Of a DNA stretch of 64,000 bases, positions 40,665-52,731 are shown in pieces. The notes below the pieces were generated by a model that worked only from the letters and a program-made list of their open reading frames with translations, was not told where the DNA came from and ran no database searches. Made by a program: the position numbers and the translations under genes. Position 1 is the first letter of the stretch. Every line of letters starts with the position of its first letter. The stretch is from Haliotis rubra (lineage: Eukaryota): the NCBI RefSeq assembly GCF_003918875.1, contig NW_025765403.1:1054001-1118000 (forward strand). The letters are read 5' to 3'.

Positions 40665-40880
40665 TTGAGTTCATTCCAAATTCGAGGGGAGGTAGGTAGA
40701 CACTTAATCTATCTAGGTCACAAGTTTAGGGTTAAGAGCACAAAAAGGGACCGAGTTCATTGGACATGTTGTAAGACAGATTGTCCTGCAACGGCCAACA
40801 CCGTCAGTGATGTTCTCAGCAGTTCCAGGAACATACACAACCACCATCGAGATCAAGTTCAGTTCAGAAAAGATTTATGC
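40665..40880 (+). pseudogene. FLYWCH zinc-finger fragment, probably from a MULE transposase
   Basis: GRHLIYLGHKFRVKSTKRDRVHWTCCKTDCPATANT...RNIHNH fits the FLYWCH pattern G..L...G..F...W.C...C.A...HNH. No downstream catalytic domain. Confidence 0.75.
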
Positions 40881-41169
40881 ATATTTAATATAACTTCAGT
40901 AACTGTTACTATTTTCTCGTTTCTGAAAATGTACAAAATATGTATTTATGAATTTTATCATGAAGATAAAATATACCAAAGATGTTGAATTGGTGAAATA
41001 TAAAAATCGAGATGAAGCTACAGTGTGTACTTTCTTAGGCCGAAACAGACTATAAGTTAATACCCTATTGTTTAAGGGATTATCGCGCATCAGTGAATTT
41101 TTATCTATAACAAAACCGTCCGGCAAAACGGGAACCCCCAAGCCCGACCACCCAAGTAAGCGAGGCAGC

Positions 41170-42145
41170 CAGAACAGAAAAGAACTTATTGCTTTTCAGG
41201 CCGTAAGACAACGGCATATGAAGATCACAGTGATTATACAAAGTTAATGTATACATTTTGGTGACAGGGCAGGTAGTCTGAGTATAAGGCATATAAGCTA
41301 CAAATAATAAATAGTAGTACATAATACTTTCTTTTACACAGAGGACGTACATCTAGATTTTGACATAATTTTACAGAAAAAAATCATTTTCCCAGTGACT
41401 TGTACCTGGACATGACAGTGCTACCAAAAGTACAAAGTTTTCGTAATTGACCAACTTTTTCATTTTGTAACAATTGACAAAATTTAACAGAGTTTGGTCT
41501 TCAGTAAAAGTAGGGTTTAATACATTGGTTTCTCGAATCAACAAAACAGGGACATTCTAAAACTGCATGGTATTCATCACCGATAGAGGTATTACAGAGA
41601 GTACATATACGCTCGTGTAGAGGTACACCATTCCAACGGCCGACCTCAACTGGTAGGCGGTGATTAGATGTACGAAAAAGAAGCAATTTAATCCAGCTGT
41701 TTTGTTGTAAAATGCTTAAATAATTTTCAAATCCAAACTGTGTCTTAAAGATCCGGTAATTTTTGGCCTTTGAGGAATTAAACATATCTGAAAACTAAGT
41801 CTGTATATACTGATCCTCTAGCCTTACTCTGATAATGTTTGTAAGAAATGACAATGAAACATGGTCCTGGTTATACCATATGTACCAAAAACCTGTCTCT
41901 GTGAAAATAGACTCCAGACATTGTATCCCTTTATGTGGATGATTTCCCAAGTAATGATCAGCATACATGGATTGAAAAACGCAACAGATAATTTTTTTTC
42001 TTTACCAGTCAGAAGACGTGCCCAAAACGTAACCATTCGTGTATATACAGATATGTACAGCGGTTTTCGTCCCAACTCACCATATACCATGTATAATGGA
42101 GTGGATTTCTTTAAACGTTTTATAACAAAGAGTAAATGTACCACA
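41170..42145 (-). mobile_element. 5'-truncated RTE-X-like LINE 3' fragment (frameshifted ORF2 C-terminus)
   Basis: KKSTPLYMVYGELGRKPL...FWARLL and FRTSNHRLPVEVGRW...RICTLC...GDEYHAVLEC (CCHC-type). Short (ttctg) tail near 41170. Confidence 0.82.
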
Positions 42146-42456
42146 CCAGAGTTTTTTTCCCCATTACGTCACAGGCTTTTGGGCACCGATTTGTTGACAC
42201 ATGTATGTAAACAATACCAAACCCAAATTAAATTCGTCAATGAACGCTGATGAGCGTTATATATTATCAGACATGCACTTTAGTGACATATGTTATATTT
42301 GGGATTACAATTTCTTAGTAAAGTACTAAGTACTTTTTGGGTTGAGTCCCATCCGGGATTCGAACCCACATCCTCAGAGTCAGACGCCGAGACCGCTCAG
42401 CCACCGCGGCTTCCACAAAATGGAAGTCGGACAACTGGTAGTCTAGACTGCGGACT

Positions 42457-42522
42457 TTGTGTACCCCTCTGATAAGTGTTAATTGGCACGGCTTCCACGG
42501 CCGAAAGCTATGAAATACACAA
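42457..42522 (+). ncRNA. Candidate minimal hammerhead-ribozyme-like motif (copy 1)
   Basis: ttgtgta...CTGATAA-gtgttaattggcac-ggcttccacggcc-GAAA-GC-TA...tacacaa. Stem I is ttgtgta/tacacaa and a palindromic AGCT replaces stem III. The core deviates from canonical (A8 and an extra hairpin). Confidence 0.5.
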
Positions 42523-42753
42523 TGCCATTTTAGAAAGTGGTCAAATGTAACATATGTTATATTTGGGATTACAATTTCTTAGTAAAGTACAGATTCTAGT
42601 ACTTTTGGGGTTGAGTCCCATCCGGGATTCGAACCCATCCCTCAGAGTCAGGCACCTAATCCTCTAGCACACGAAGTCAGACGCCGAGACCGCTCAGCCA
42701 CCGCGGCTTCCACAAAATGGAAGTCGGACAACGGGCAGTCTAGACTGCGGACT

Positions 42754-42819
42754 TTGTGTACCCCACTGATAAGTGTTAATTGGCACGGCTCCCACGGCCG
42801 AAAGCTATGAAATACACAA
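42754..42819 (+). ncRNA. Candidate minimal hammerhead-ribozyme-like motif (copy 2)
   Basis: Same motif, 297 bp downstream of copy 1. Confidence 0.5.
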
Positions 42820-44927
42820 TGACATTTTAGAAAGTGGTCAAATTTAAGGAAGTGTTATCCCAAATATAACATATGTTACATTTGACAACTTTCTAAATTG
42901 GCATTGTGTATTTCATGCACTTTAGTGGTCCGCTGGTCAATAATGCTGTAATCAGCCGAGTAAACAGTACACAGTAAACTAATGGTTTTAAATCCTATAA
43001 GGATTGTTTACTGCCGCTTCCGTGTTTATTTTTTAGTTACAAGGAAAAACAGTTCAGCTATTAAGATCTACACTTGGTGTTGAGTTTCACAAGAAAATGT
43101 TTTTACAGCTCCTATAGCTGGTTACTGATATAGGAAAAAGGTATATACGTACGTCGTGTTTTGTGACTTTGAAATAGCTTCCTCGCGGAATGCCTGATGT
43201 AACTGTTATTGAGTTTAATTACTAGTATCTTGAAATCTTTTGTGGCCACACTTAAAACGGTAGTTTAAGAGTTTAAGGCTGTATATGAAAAAACTGCAAT
43301 GACTAGAACATCATTGCAAACTGGCAATCTGGTTTTCGATGTCATCTTCTAAAGAATATTGAAACTTGACAAGAAATAGAGGTTTGTGATAAGAATATGA
43401 TATGTTGAAGTTAAAATAAAATGATACTTGCCAACGTCTATCTGTAAATTTGAAAAAAAGAAAGACGTTACTCAATTTCAATATGAAACGGCAACCTCAT
43501 CTAGGAGTGTTACAATAACAAATACATATCCAGTAGCACTATAAAGATGGACTCATGCCATGGAAATGTATGGTTAAAGGTCAGAAATAAATACAATATA
43601 ACCAACTTTTCTTCACATATGATATATGGTTCTGTCATAAGCTGAACATTCTTCGCGAAAAATGTAAGAGAGAACGTGAATATTTCATAACTATAACTAT
43701 TTCCCATTCCCGATAACATATCCCCAAAAAGAGTAACCTGTGACCTAAGGTTACCTAAAAGGGTATCTCAGATCAAACAGGGTTAAACTATGCACCGCGA
43801 TTGCGCCGAAAACTGCCTGATCTGCGTCGATACTTACTGTCAGTCCAGCAAGTCATTGATTTGTTATGATGACAACGCATACTGAGATTGAGCACGACGG
43901 AGCAAGGCAAGGCAAAGCAATAATTTCATTTCTATGTTGTGTCTGTTGAAAATTGATAACTCTCCATTCTCGATTTAATAAACCTTCCTCAACGACAAAA
44001 TAAGAACGAAAACTGGTCGTATATTTACGATCTTGAGTCTCGATTGAGGTGCGAAACTAAGTGACCAGAAACTTCGCACCTTGCTAAATTAGATTTAATG
44101 GCGTCTGTGAACTTTTGGCCATCACACACAAACCAGGTCCTATTTCCAGACGTTTTGAGCTTAGAAATCGAAGAGGGCTGTCTTATAAGCAAAGCCTGTT
44201 TCATTGCAGGAATTGTTACCTCGGTGAGAAATCACTATTGTTAGCAAAATGGAGACGCTAGGTAATTGCAGCCAAGGGCAAAATAATTTACTGCTTTGGG
44301 ATGCCAGACTTTTAGGACGAAGTTATATAAAGTCTTTGTTTGATAATTGGGTCAGAATAAAGAGGCGAAATACACAGAAGGATGTTTACATTGACGGACT
44401 TTTGATAATAATGACACGGTATCTGAAGAATAGATTATAGACAAGTTAATGAACTACAGAGAAGACAAGTTTTAAACGACCGAGTTTCCGAAATTTGAAT
44501 GTTGTACGGTGAGTGTCTCGCTGGACTTAGTACACATAGCGGTGAAGATGACGATATGTTTGTGCCATCTCTGTTGACAGGAGGATAACATGTTGCTAGA
44601 ATTAGCGGGAAAGTCGATGAGTGGCGTTTGATTCTATTCCTAACCATGATAATCTTCACCGGTTGGAAAGATGGCTTCGGTGGTATTGGCGATTAAGCTC
44701 CGTTTAAAAAAACCCATACATTACGGAGATATTAATGGGTTGAGCCTTAAATTAATGACCATTTAACATTTCCTTCATCGTAACCTACAAATTGCAAAGA
44801 TTTATAATAACAGCTACAGTGTTCAACGTGTAGAAGGATCCTGCCTGAACATTTCTGTTCAATAAATAGTTTTGTATATCCGATCTGTACATGCCCTTTG
44901 TTAGGGATAATCACATAGATAATCACG

Positions 44928-45056
44928 AGTCTTTTAGCAATACTCCAGCAATATCACGGCAGTGGACACCAGGAATGAACTTCACACATTATGCCCATGT
45001 AGGGCATCGAAACCGGACCTTCAACGTGAAGAGCGGAAGCTTTTCAACAGGGCTTC
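44928..45056 (-). mobile_element. Degenerate tRNA-derived SINE (family B)
   Basis: ttttagcaatactccagcaatatcacggc..ggacaccag..cttcacacatt..catcgaaaccgg. Confidence 0.7.
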
Positions 45057-45331
45057 CTTCGTAACTACGGATGTTATTTTGTGTAGTCAATAAGTATGTG
45101 ATGATAGGTTTTGTGTTTCATGGAAGGCTGAACACTTTCCCAGACAAACGAGTGCTGGTATGTTTCAAAATCAGAAATGTGGGATGGTGCACGTCTAGAG
45201 ATGATAGGTTTAGGCTAGCCCAATTTATAGCCATTGGTTTATCAGCTCTACAGCTCTGTGTGTTGGTGTCTTCAATGTGACATCAATGTCATGAGTCGCT
45301 TGCGGATTTCCGTCACTCATGCAGCCATTAT

Positions 45332-45851
45332 GGTGGCGTAGTGAGTGAACTGGCTAAAGCGCTAGGCTAGTGATCCAGCGAGCTTGAGGTGACGGGATCG
45401 GGCCCACCTGTGACCGGGTGTAACAACCTTGGAGTCAACTTTGTGTGCAGACTGTTTCAGTGTTGTCACAACCCCTAGTGTACAGTACACAACCCTGTGC
45501 CCTTAAAAGAACCAACGAATCCGTTGGTATATGACCAGATGGTTGCCACATGAATACGTGCAAACACCTAGTTGCGGGTACAGCAACGTGCAGTAAACTT
45601 GGACAAAGTACTGTGACTATGTGTCCCAGTCCACCCAGCTGGGAATGGGTACCTCGTAAGGATGGGAATGCCACACTAACTCGGTGCGCCTAGTGGCTGC
45701 AAGAGTTGTATGATCCCCAGGGAGTTGATATTGACAATACGATGTGCCGTTGAGATTGACATCCAGTGAACGAGGGAAAAACAAAGCGCCTTTGAGCAGC
45801 TGAGCTGAGCTGGATATCGGCGCTATACAAATGTTAGTATGTATGTATGTA
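45332..45851 (+). mobile_element. CORE-type tRNA-derived SINE with L2-like tail (family D)
   Basis: tRNA-like head, cagtccacccagctgggaatgggtacc CORE-like motif and aaagcgcctttgagcag...ggcgctatacaaat(gtat)n tail. Second copy at 52493. Confidence 0.7.
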
Positions 45852-46357
45852 AGTATTATATCATCACGTCAAGACGAGGCATTGGTGCAACCGCCCAGCT
45901 TTCGTCTTTGTGCTTTGGGTCTTTCTTCTAGAGCCATCTGGTATTTCATCTCAGGTTGCATGTCGCAGGATTTCACGTTCAACTCCTTTGTGTAAACAGA
46001 AAGTTACCTGAAATTCAACATGTAAGATTACTTTCTCTCTCTGTTTAACAAGACACAAACAAACGTCATGTAATGGCATGTGATAAATAAGTTACTTCAT
46101 CGAATAGAAATACATTCCTTTATCATCCAAAATGTGTTCCACGGGATATATTGCTTGTGTGACATCAAACGATATCCCCTAGGAGATATCATTTTGACAG
46201 TAGTTTTTGTACAATGCCCTGACAAAGCTATGACGTCCTGAAATTGATTACGTCACAATGCTATGGCATCGCTGCACTGCAAATCTAACAGAACACCGTG
46301 TTCAGAGATGTACATGTTTCATTGAAACTAAACAAGAGTGAATTTTTTATGATAAAT

Positions 46358-46490
46358 AGAATCTCACACTCGTGTCTTCTGATATCCAATATATCAACAC
46401 TCGTTGATAAAAGTAAAAATTTGTAACTTTATCAACTCGTGGTGATATATTTGATATCAAAAGACACTCGGGTGAGATTCTCTCTATATA
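46358..46490. mobile_element. Hairpin terminus of a Crypton-like non-autonomous element
   Basis: ~54-bp inverted arms (46358-46411 / 46428-46481) with the same ACTCGT TC/GA mismatch pattern and ttctctctatat end as 20681-20832. Confidence 0.55.
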
Positions 46491-49400
46491 TAATGTACAA
46501 TGTCATATATTTCTTTTGGGCATTTCATGAATAGTTTTAAAGAAAGGTACATCTGGGCCATTATACGTGCCTTTAAGTATTTAACACTTCCCTATTGCAA
46601 TGATGGAGCTTGATTTTTTAAACTTACTCTCGCATTTTTCTTTTGAGGATATGTTGTTTTAACAAAATGGCTGTGTGTTGTTATATCACTAAATGCAACA
46701 AAAAACACAAACACAAAAGGTGAGACATAATCCGAATCCATAACTATCGGCTTCCAGCATGGGCCTCAACATTCCGGAGATACGCTCGTTTGTTTGTTTA
46801 TTTACCTGCATTCCTGCCCTGTGATTAAATATGTCTAATAAACAAGACATGGAAACCAATGATTTAGTAACGTCTCACTTCATTAAAAAGTGATAAATAT
46901 ACGTGTAAATGAAACAGGAATACACCATCCTTGCAGGGTTATTACAGACTATTGATTGCTGTAAGATATACGTGGGTTATTTGTACACCAGTTGTTTGTC
47001 GCATAAATCTACATGATCCAACAGTACCCTGTCAGACAATGTGTAAATGCAAGTTTCTCAATACTACAGGTTTTCGCAGACACACAGCAACATTCTGTTC
47101 TAGATAAGAGCGATACCAAAACCAGTGACTGAGATTAAGAGCAACGATCCATTCCGTTGACAACCAAAGCATCCAAGTACCCGCATCTGACCACCAACGC
47201 CTTTTTCCCCTTCTGCAACCAGTAAACTAGAAACCTTTCAATACCAGGCATTCACGCGTGGTTAAAGATCTGAGATCTTGTACCAGCAGGTCACTCTTGA
47301 CATACACCAAATAATTCATTTATAATGATAAGACCTAAAACAACTGATTGAACTATAATTGTAGCACGTTACTTCTCCAACACTCATCATTGTACGCCGT
47401 TTATGAAGACCCAAGACTCCTACCTCTGCAGGTTACAACGATGAGGTAAATCTGGCGAATCTAAAAATTGAAATTATCAAAATTTCTTCGGATTTACTCC
47501 ATGTTTCTCTGGTAACATGTCAAATATTTCATTAGACTAAAGGTCACTTCATTCCCTTAAGGTATACCAAAGTTTATCGAATGGACCAAATTTAATTTCG
47601 TTGCTCGCGGCATCATAGGAATAAACAAATCAGGCAGAAGGCTTCCACTTTGGGAGATACAAGAACCTCTCGGATCTGACTCGTTTCCTTGGTGTTTTTC
47701 TGAGCCAGGCAATATAGTTTAAAGATAAAAAGTACAAACCTCTAGGACACAGGAATAGGTAAAGAATTCGGATCAGTATTCCCCATCGAGAAACTTTGAG
47801 GGAACGACTTAATACCATTGTTTGCTTTTTCGAAAACGGATAAGCTGTGAGTTCAAAAGAATATAGTTAATTATGGGTCGGGATCAAAGAACAGGTCTAT
47901 CTGTTGAACAAACATGGATAGTATTTACGGTCGTTTATTTAGCTGTTTAACTGCGCATTAATAGCAGGAAACGTGACTGGTCCTGAAATAATATGTACTT
48001 CCCCTAAAGGCTGGTGACTTGTAAAAAATTGAACCGAGTCCGTGTCCACTTAGAACGAATACGAGTGCAAAACAATATCGTCATTTAGGATCTTCATAAT
48101 CGTATGAGGTTGTTTGGACGGAAACAGACTGTGATGAGACTATGGCGGTGTTTCGTAAGATGTAAATTGGACTCGGTCTCAGTTTACAGGATGTGTCAAG
48201 ATGTACGTACCTTGATGCGCCGAAGAAAATCAATTGGAGACGAGATGATTGGCGTTTCAAGTAAGTTTATAGAAGAATGATGGTGAGGAAATTATGTCTT
48301 TACAATGCAGCAGGGTTTTTTTTCCTTCCAGTTCAGGTCAATAATGATCTCTTGCTTGTGTCCCCAATAACTTGTACATGTACATCGTATGAAGTCTAGT
48401 ATCTAGAAACCTCATGAAACAAATCCCAATGTATCGAATGTCATAAATAAGTGCCTTTCAGAAACAACAGAATTTGTAGGAAAATTGCATGACTAAAAAT
48501 CACAAATACACTTTTACAATGAATACCTTCACACACATAAAACAGAGGCAACAAAAATGATAATTCAAATTAAATTTTAGCAGTTTCACAATAAATATAA
48601 ATAAAGGTAAAATAAAGAAATATCCTCAAGAAAAAAGTGTGCAGATTTTATTCCATTGAGGATTCTGACCAAAGCACTTCTCGGAAACAAAATCGTGGGT
48701 ATAAGCAATTTATTCATGATATTCCGTTTAATTAACATACATTCTGGACTTGAAGTCTACACGTATTATCCATGTGTGCACACAAAACAATCAGAGACAA
48801 TCAAAAGATATGTTTAGCACATGTGATATAAAACCTGATATAATAAACATAATATTGATAGGTTACTGACAAAATGGTATTATTACCAATGAATCCTGTT
48901 TAAAAAGAACACAATCTGTATAGTTGTTTGCATACTTTAGCATTGCAAACTTGACAGAAAGAGTCAATAATTGTATTTCCAAGACTCATGCATCATAATC
49001 GTAACCATTGTATTACCTTCATTTGACAGGGAGGGATATACCGAAGAGAGATTGGGCATTATTTATCTCAATTATGGTAAATAGATGCTACCACTCCGAC
49101 GAGGCACCTTAATGTGAGATGAAAAATGACACAGTACATTTTCCAACGTCGTGCTTGTAGAATCGGATCATGCGAACGTCAACACAATAATGATATACAC
49201 TTGGGACAAGTTGACCCAGTAGTGCGTGGCGCTTGTATATCGACTCTCTTGTGGGTGCCATGATCTGCTGACCGAGAGTTCGATTCCCTGATTCGGACAA
49301 CAACGTTCGACTCCGGAGTATGGATTTCACTTTGGGAACAGGACTTTTGTGTATGTGTTTTATAAAGGTGTCTTATTCACTCTGGGGCTTCATTCCACAT

Positions 49401-49887
49401 GACGTTGAAGCAACGTGGTGATAGCCTTCAAAACGATGACAAACCTAACTCACTTACTTTTTGATACGTGTTTTGTTTTGTTTTGTTTTGGGTTTTTTCA
49501 ATTTTCCTTTCAGCAAATAATTTCGATCTACATCCTTGAATATAATATAATCAATTCCGATAGATAGCATTAGGCACGATAAACGCCGAAGGGCAAAGGT
49601 CACAGGAAGCGACATTGTTGCAACTCAACAGTCAATAAGTAAACTATATAATGACATGCTGAACATAACTGAGGGGTGGCCCAGGCAATTGGAGACCGAA
49701 AACAAAGGCAACAATCGATGCAAGTGAGACATGATTGTCCCCAATCAGTCAAGAGACCAAAAGGACCGTTTTGTCGCTCTCCAGGACCAGCAATAGTTTG
49801 ATGGACACTTCCTTTTACCCATGTACCCATTGAACTCAGTGGACTGTGAGGATTCATTTTCAGTGGACGTATATTCACAAGAGGTAT

Positions 49888-50543
49888 TGGGACCACTGTG
49901 TGAGAGAGTGTACCAGATGATGGCATACCATGTCGTACCAGATGATGGCATACCATGGCGTAGGTAGTGGGACCATTGTGTGAGGGAGTGTACCAGATGA
50001 TGGCATACCATGTCGTAGGTAGTGGGACCACGGGGGTGAGGGAGTGTACCAGATGATGGCATACCATATCGTAGGTAGGTGGGCCACTGTGTGAGGGAGT
50101 GTACCAGATGATGGCATACCATGTCGTACCAGATGATGGCATACCATGTCGTAGGTAGTGGGACCACTGTGTGAGGGAGTGTACCAGATGATGGCATACC
50201 ATGTCGTAGGTAGTGGGACCAAGGGGTGAGGGAGTGTACCAGATGATGGCATACCATATCGTAGGTAGGTGGGCCACTGTGTGAGGGAGTGTACCAGATG
50301 ATGGCATACCATGTCGTAGGTAGTGGGACCAAGGGGGTGAGGGAGTGTACCAGATGATGGCATACCATATCGTAGGTAGGTGGGCCACTGTGTGAGGGAG
50401 TGTACCAGATGATGGCATACCATGGCGTAGGTAGGTGGGCCACTGTTTGAGGGAGTGTACCAGATGATGTCATACCATGGCGTAGGTAGTTGGACCACTG
50501 TGTGAGGGAGTGTACCAGATGATGCCATACCATGGCGTACCAG
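49888..50543. repeat. Minisatellite: 11 units of ~55 bp plus two 25-bp sub-units
   Basis: Unit gtaggtagtgggaccactgtgtgagggagtgtaccagatgatggcataccatgtc. Confidence 0.95.
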
Positions 50544-51766
50544 ATAAAACACAGTTTCAAATAAATACTCCAGAAGGAGCACCGCCAGTTCATCAGATTC
50601 TAAGGAGAACAGATCATGGCGACTTCGACAATGCGGACATCAAAAGCCGTACAAACATGCAATGACACATGCTTATCTGAATTGGACTCCGCCACGAAGC
50701 GGTTGATCCCATGACGCATGGGTAAACAAGCTTATCATTTATATGCCCTTTATCACATCATGTCCAACACGAGTGCACGTCAACTAGGCATCCTGAGTGT
50801 TAAAACTGATAGCCAATAATCAACCATCCCTTCCTTCGAGCTGGAGTTAGGCATTAGTGCAAACACGACACGGCGATATGGTCGGACAGTCACCACAGGT
50901 TAACGTTCCTTCTTTTCATATGCAAGCTTCTGATATGTAGTCAGCTGTGTGCCAGGTTGGACCAACTAAGTTGTTCTGATACTGTGATTATATGTGCCAG
51001 CTCTTCCACGTTAACAAAGTTTTGATAATCGACATATACTATTGTAGCCAATACCACCATCTCATTCAAATTGAATGGCCAAACAACCTCAGTGGCATAT
51101 ACAGTGTGAACATCGCGTTAGGAAACATCCCAGTAATGTCAGGGATGTGGTCATCAGTTAATGGTGTTGTCAGTGTATATGCATTTTCGTATAAAGTATT
51201 ATTAATGAAAATTAATCAAACGTTCACCAACAATAATATTTGATATTACTTTTGCAAACGTGTCATCAGATATTGATATTACATAACAATAATACCGCAT
51301 GACAAGGCATTAATCTCTTCCAGAAATCCACACCTTGACGAAGACAAATCATTTTGCACACCAAATCTGATCAATTATACAGCTGTCTTCGTTCATGTTC
51401 AGCAAAACAATGAACCTTAATTCCCATAAGGTGGATATTTTACACATGAGTATCTGATATTTTATGGACACGTTTTATGACAAATTCTGTTCCGTTATTA
51501 TTTCACACGTTTTTGCTGCATAGAAAGTGGTATTTATCTTGTTATTGCAGATGATAAATTATGTGGGAAGTGTGAGTTACAATTTTGACATTCATGCATG
51601 TGTACAAGGGTACCCTCAGGTGAGTTGAGGTGAGTTGAGGTGAAGTTGGGTTTAACAAACAAACTGGTGAAATTGGGTTTAACAAACTGGCACGCAAAAA
51701 ATGTATCTGTAAATACATTACAATTTGAAAGAAGAACGACGTTACTCACTTTCAACATGTAAGGTC

Positions 51767-52119
51767 AGGTGAGGTGAAATTGGGTTTAACGTCGTGCTTA
51801 AGAATAGTTCGCTCATATGACGATGTGCATGCGTGCGTATGTGTATGTGCGGCTGCTGGCACTAGCCCAGACTGAAGCTAGTTTTATAGTGCTAGGCCAC
51901 TGAGATACCATGCCGCAGTGAAGCATGAATACCCCACTCAGACACATTATACTGACTCAGAGCCGACCAGTCCTTCTTGTACACATTACAGCCGAGCGCC
52001 AGGCAGGGACCAACAAGTACCATAGTTTAACGTCTTTTGGTATGACGCGGTCGGGGATCGAACCCGCGACCTTCCGCTCTCCGGGCAGACGCTCTAACCA
52101 TTACACCACGGAGGCTGTC
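51767..52119 (-). mobile_element. Full-length V-domain tRNA-derived SINE
   Basis: Reverse complement has A/B boxes (gtggtgtaatggttagagcg; ggttcgatccccg) and the V core gactggtcggctctgagtcagtataatgtgtctgagtgggg...agcactataaaa. TSD-like tcaggtgag. Confidence 0.85.
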
Positions 52120-52492
52120 TCAGGTGAGTTTAGGTGAACAGGAACACGAGTAAATCATGGTGTAATAACTGATGTTATATTTTGTGCAACTGCTGCAGTC
52201 CTGCTGGAGAAGCGCTAAATTAGTTTCTCTCTTTCATTTTGAATAATGCAGACATTCCCGCCGTTCTAAGGCCTGAGACAAGGCAATAGACGGATGATGG
52301 TACTCACACTCCGAGTCACTAGTTGTCGTCCACAAGTTCCGGACGTTTTTTATTACATTTTCAGTCTTTTTGTTACACTGAAATTGCTTCAGAGCACCCA
52401 CTGATAATAAAGATCGGTCGCATCTGTCTGTGTGTGCATGTAGCACTCTTATGACACAACGATATACACTACTATATCTATTGGGGGCGTAA

Positions 52493-52731
52493 TGGACAAA
52501 GTACTGTGACTATGTGTCCCAGTCCACCCAGCTGTGAATGGGTACCTTGTAAGGAACTCGGTGCGCCTTGTGGCTGCAAGAGTTGTATGATCCCCAGGGA
52601 GTTGAGATTGAATAATACAATACGACGTGCCGTTGAGATTGACATCCAGTGATCGAGAGAAAAAACAAAGCGCCTTTGAGCAGCTGAACTGGATATCGGC
52701 GCTATACAAATGTTAGTATGTATGTATGTAT
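52493..52731 (+). mobile_element. 5'-truncated CORE-type SINE (family D)
   Basis: Near-identical to the 3' half of 45332-45851. Confidence 0.75.

Larger units (their letters stand above)
42289..42913. mobile_element. Non-autonomous Penelope-like/retrozyme-like element: two tandem ~265-300-bp units plus an inverted end
   Basis: 14-bp flanking duplication catgcactttagtg. Each unit has an antisense tRNA-like module (gggattcgaaccc; gaccgctcagccaccgcggc) and a hammerhead-like motif. Inverted partial copy at ~42846-42916. Confidence 0.72.
27100..48420. repeat. Segmental array copy 2: U(~27100-27470), X(~28280-36010, internally amplified), V(~36150-38655), Y(~38880-40460), W(~42215-48420)
   Basis: Collinear direct homology to copy 1, interrupted by different younger insertions. 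Confidence 0.9.

Noticed and set aside
49888-50543. CRISPR-like appearance of the repeat
   Set aside because: The intervening segments are variants of one sequence rather than unique spacers. There are no cas genes and the context is eukaryotic.
49600-50593. Three long overlapping minus-strand ORFs (272, 282, 235 aa)
   Set aside because: Produced by the stop-free 55-bp minisatellite, with repetitive peptides in all three frames. The paralog lacks the expansion.
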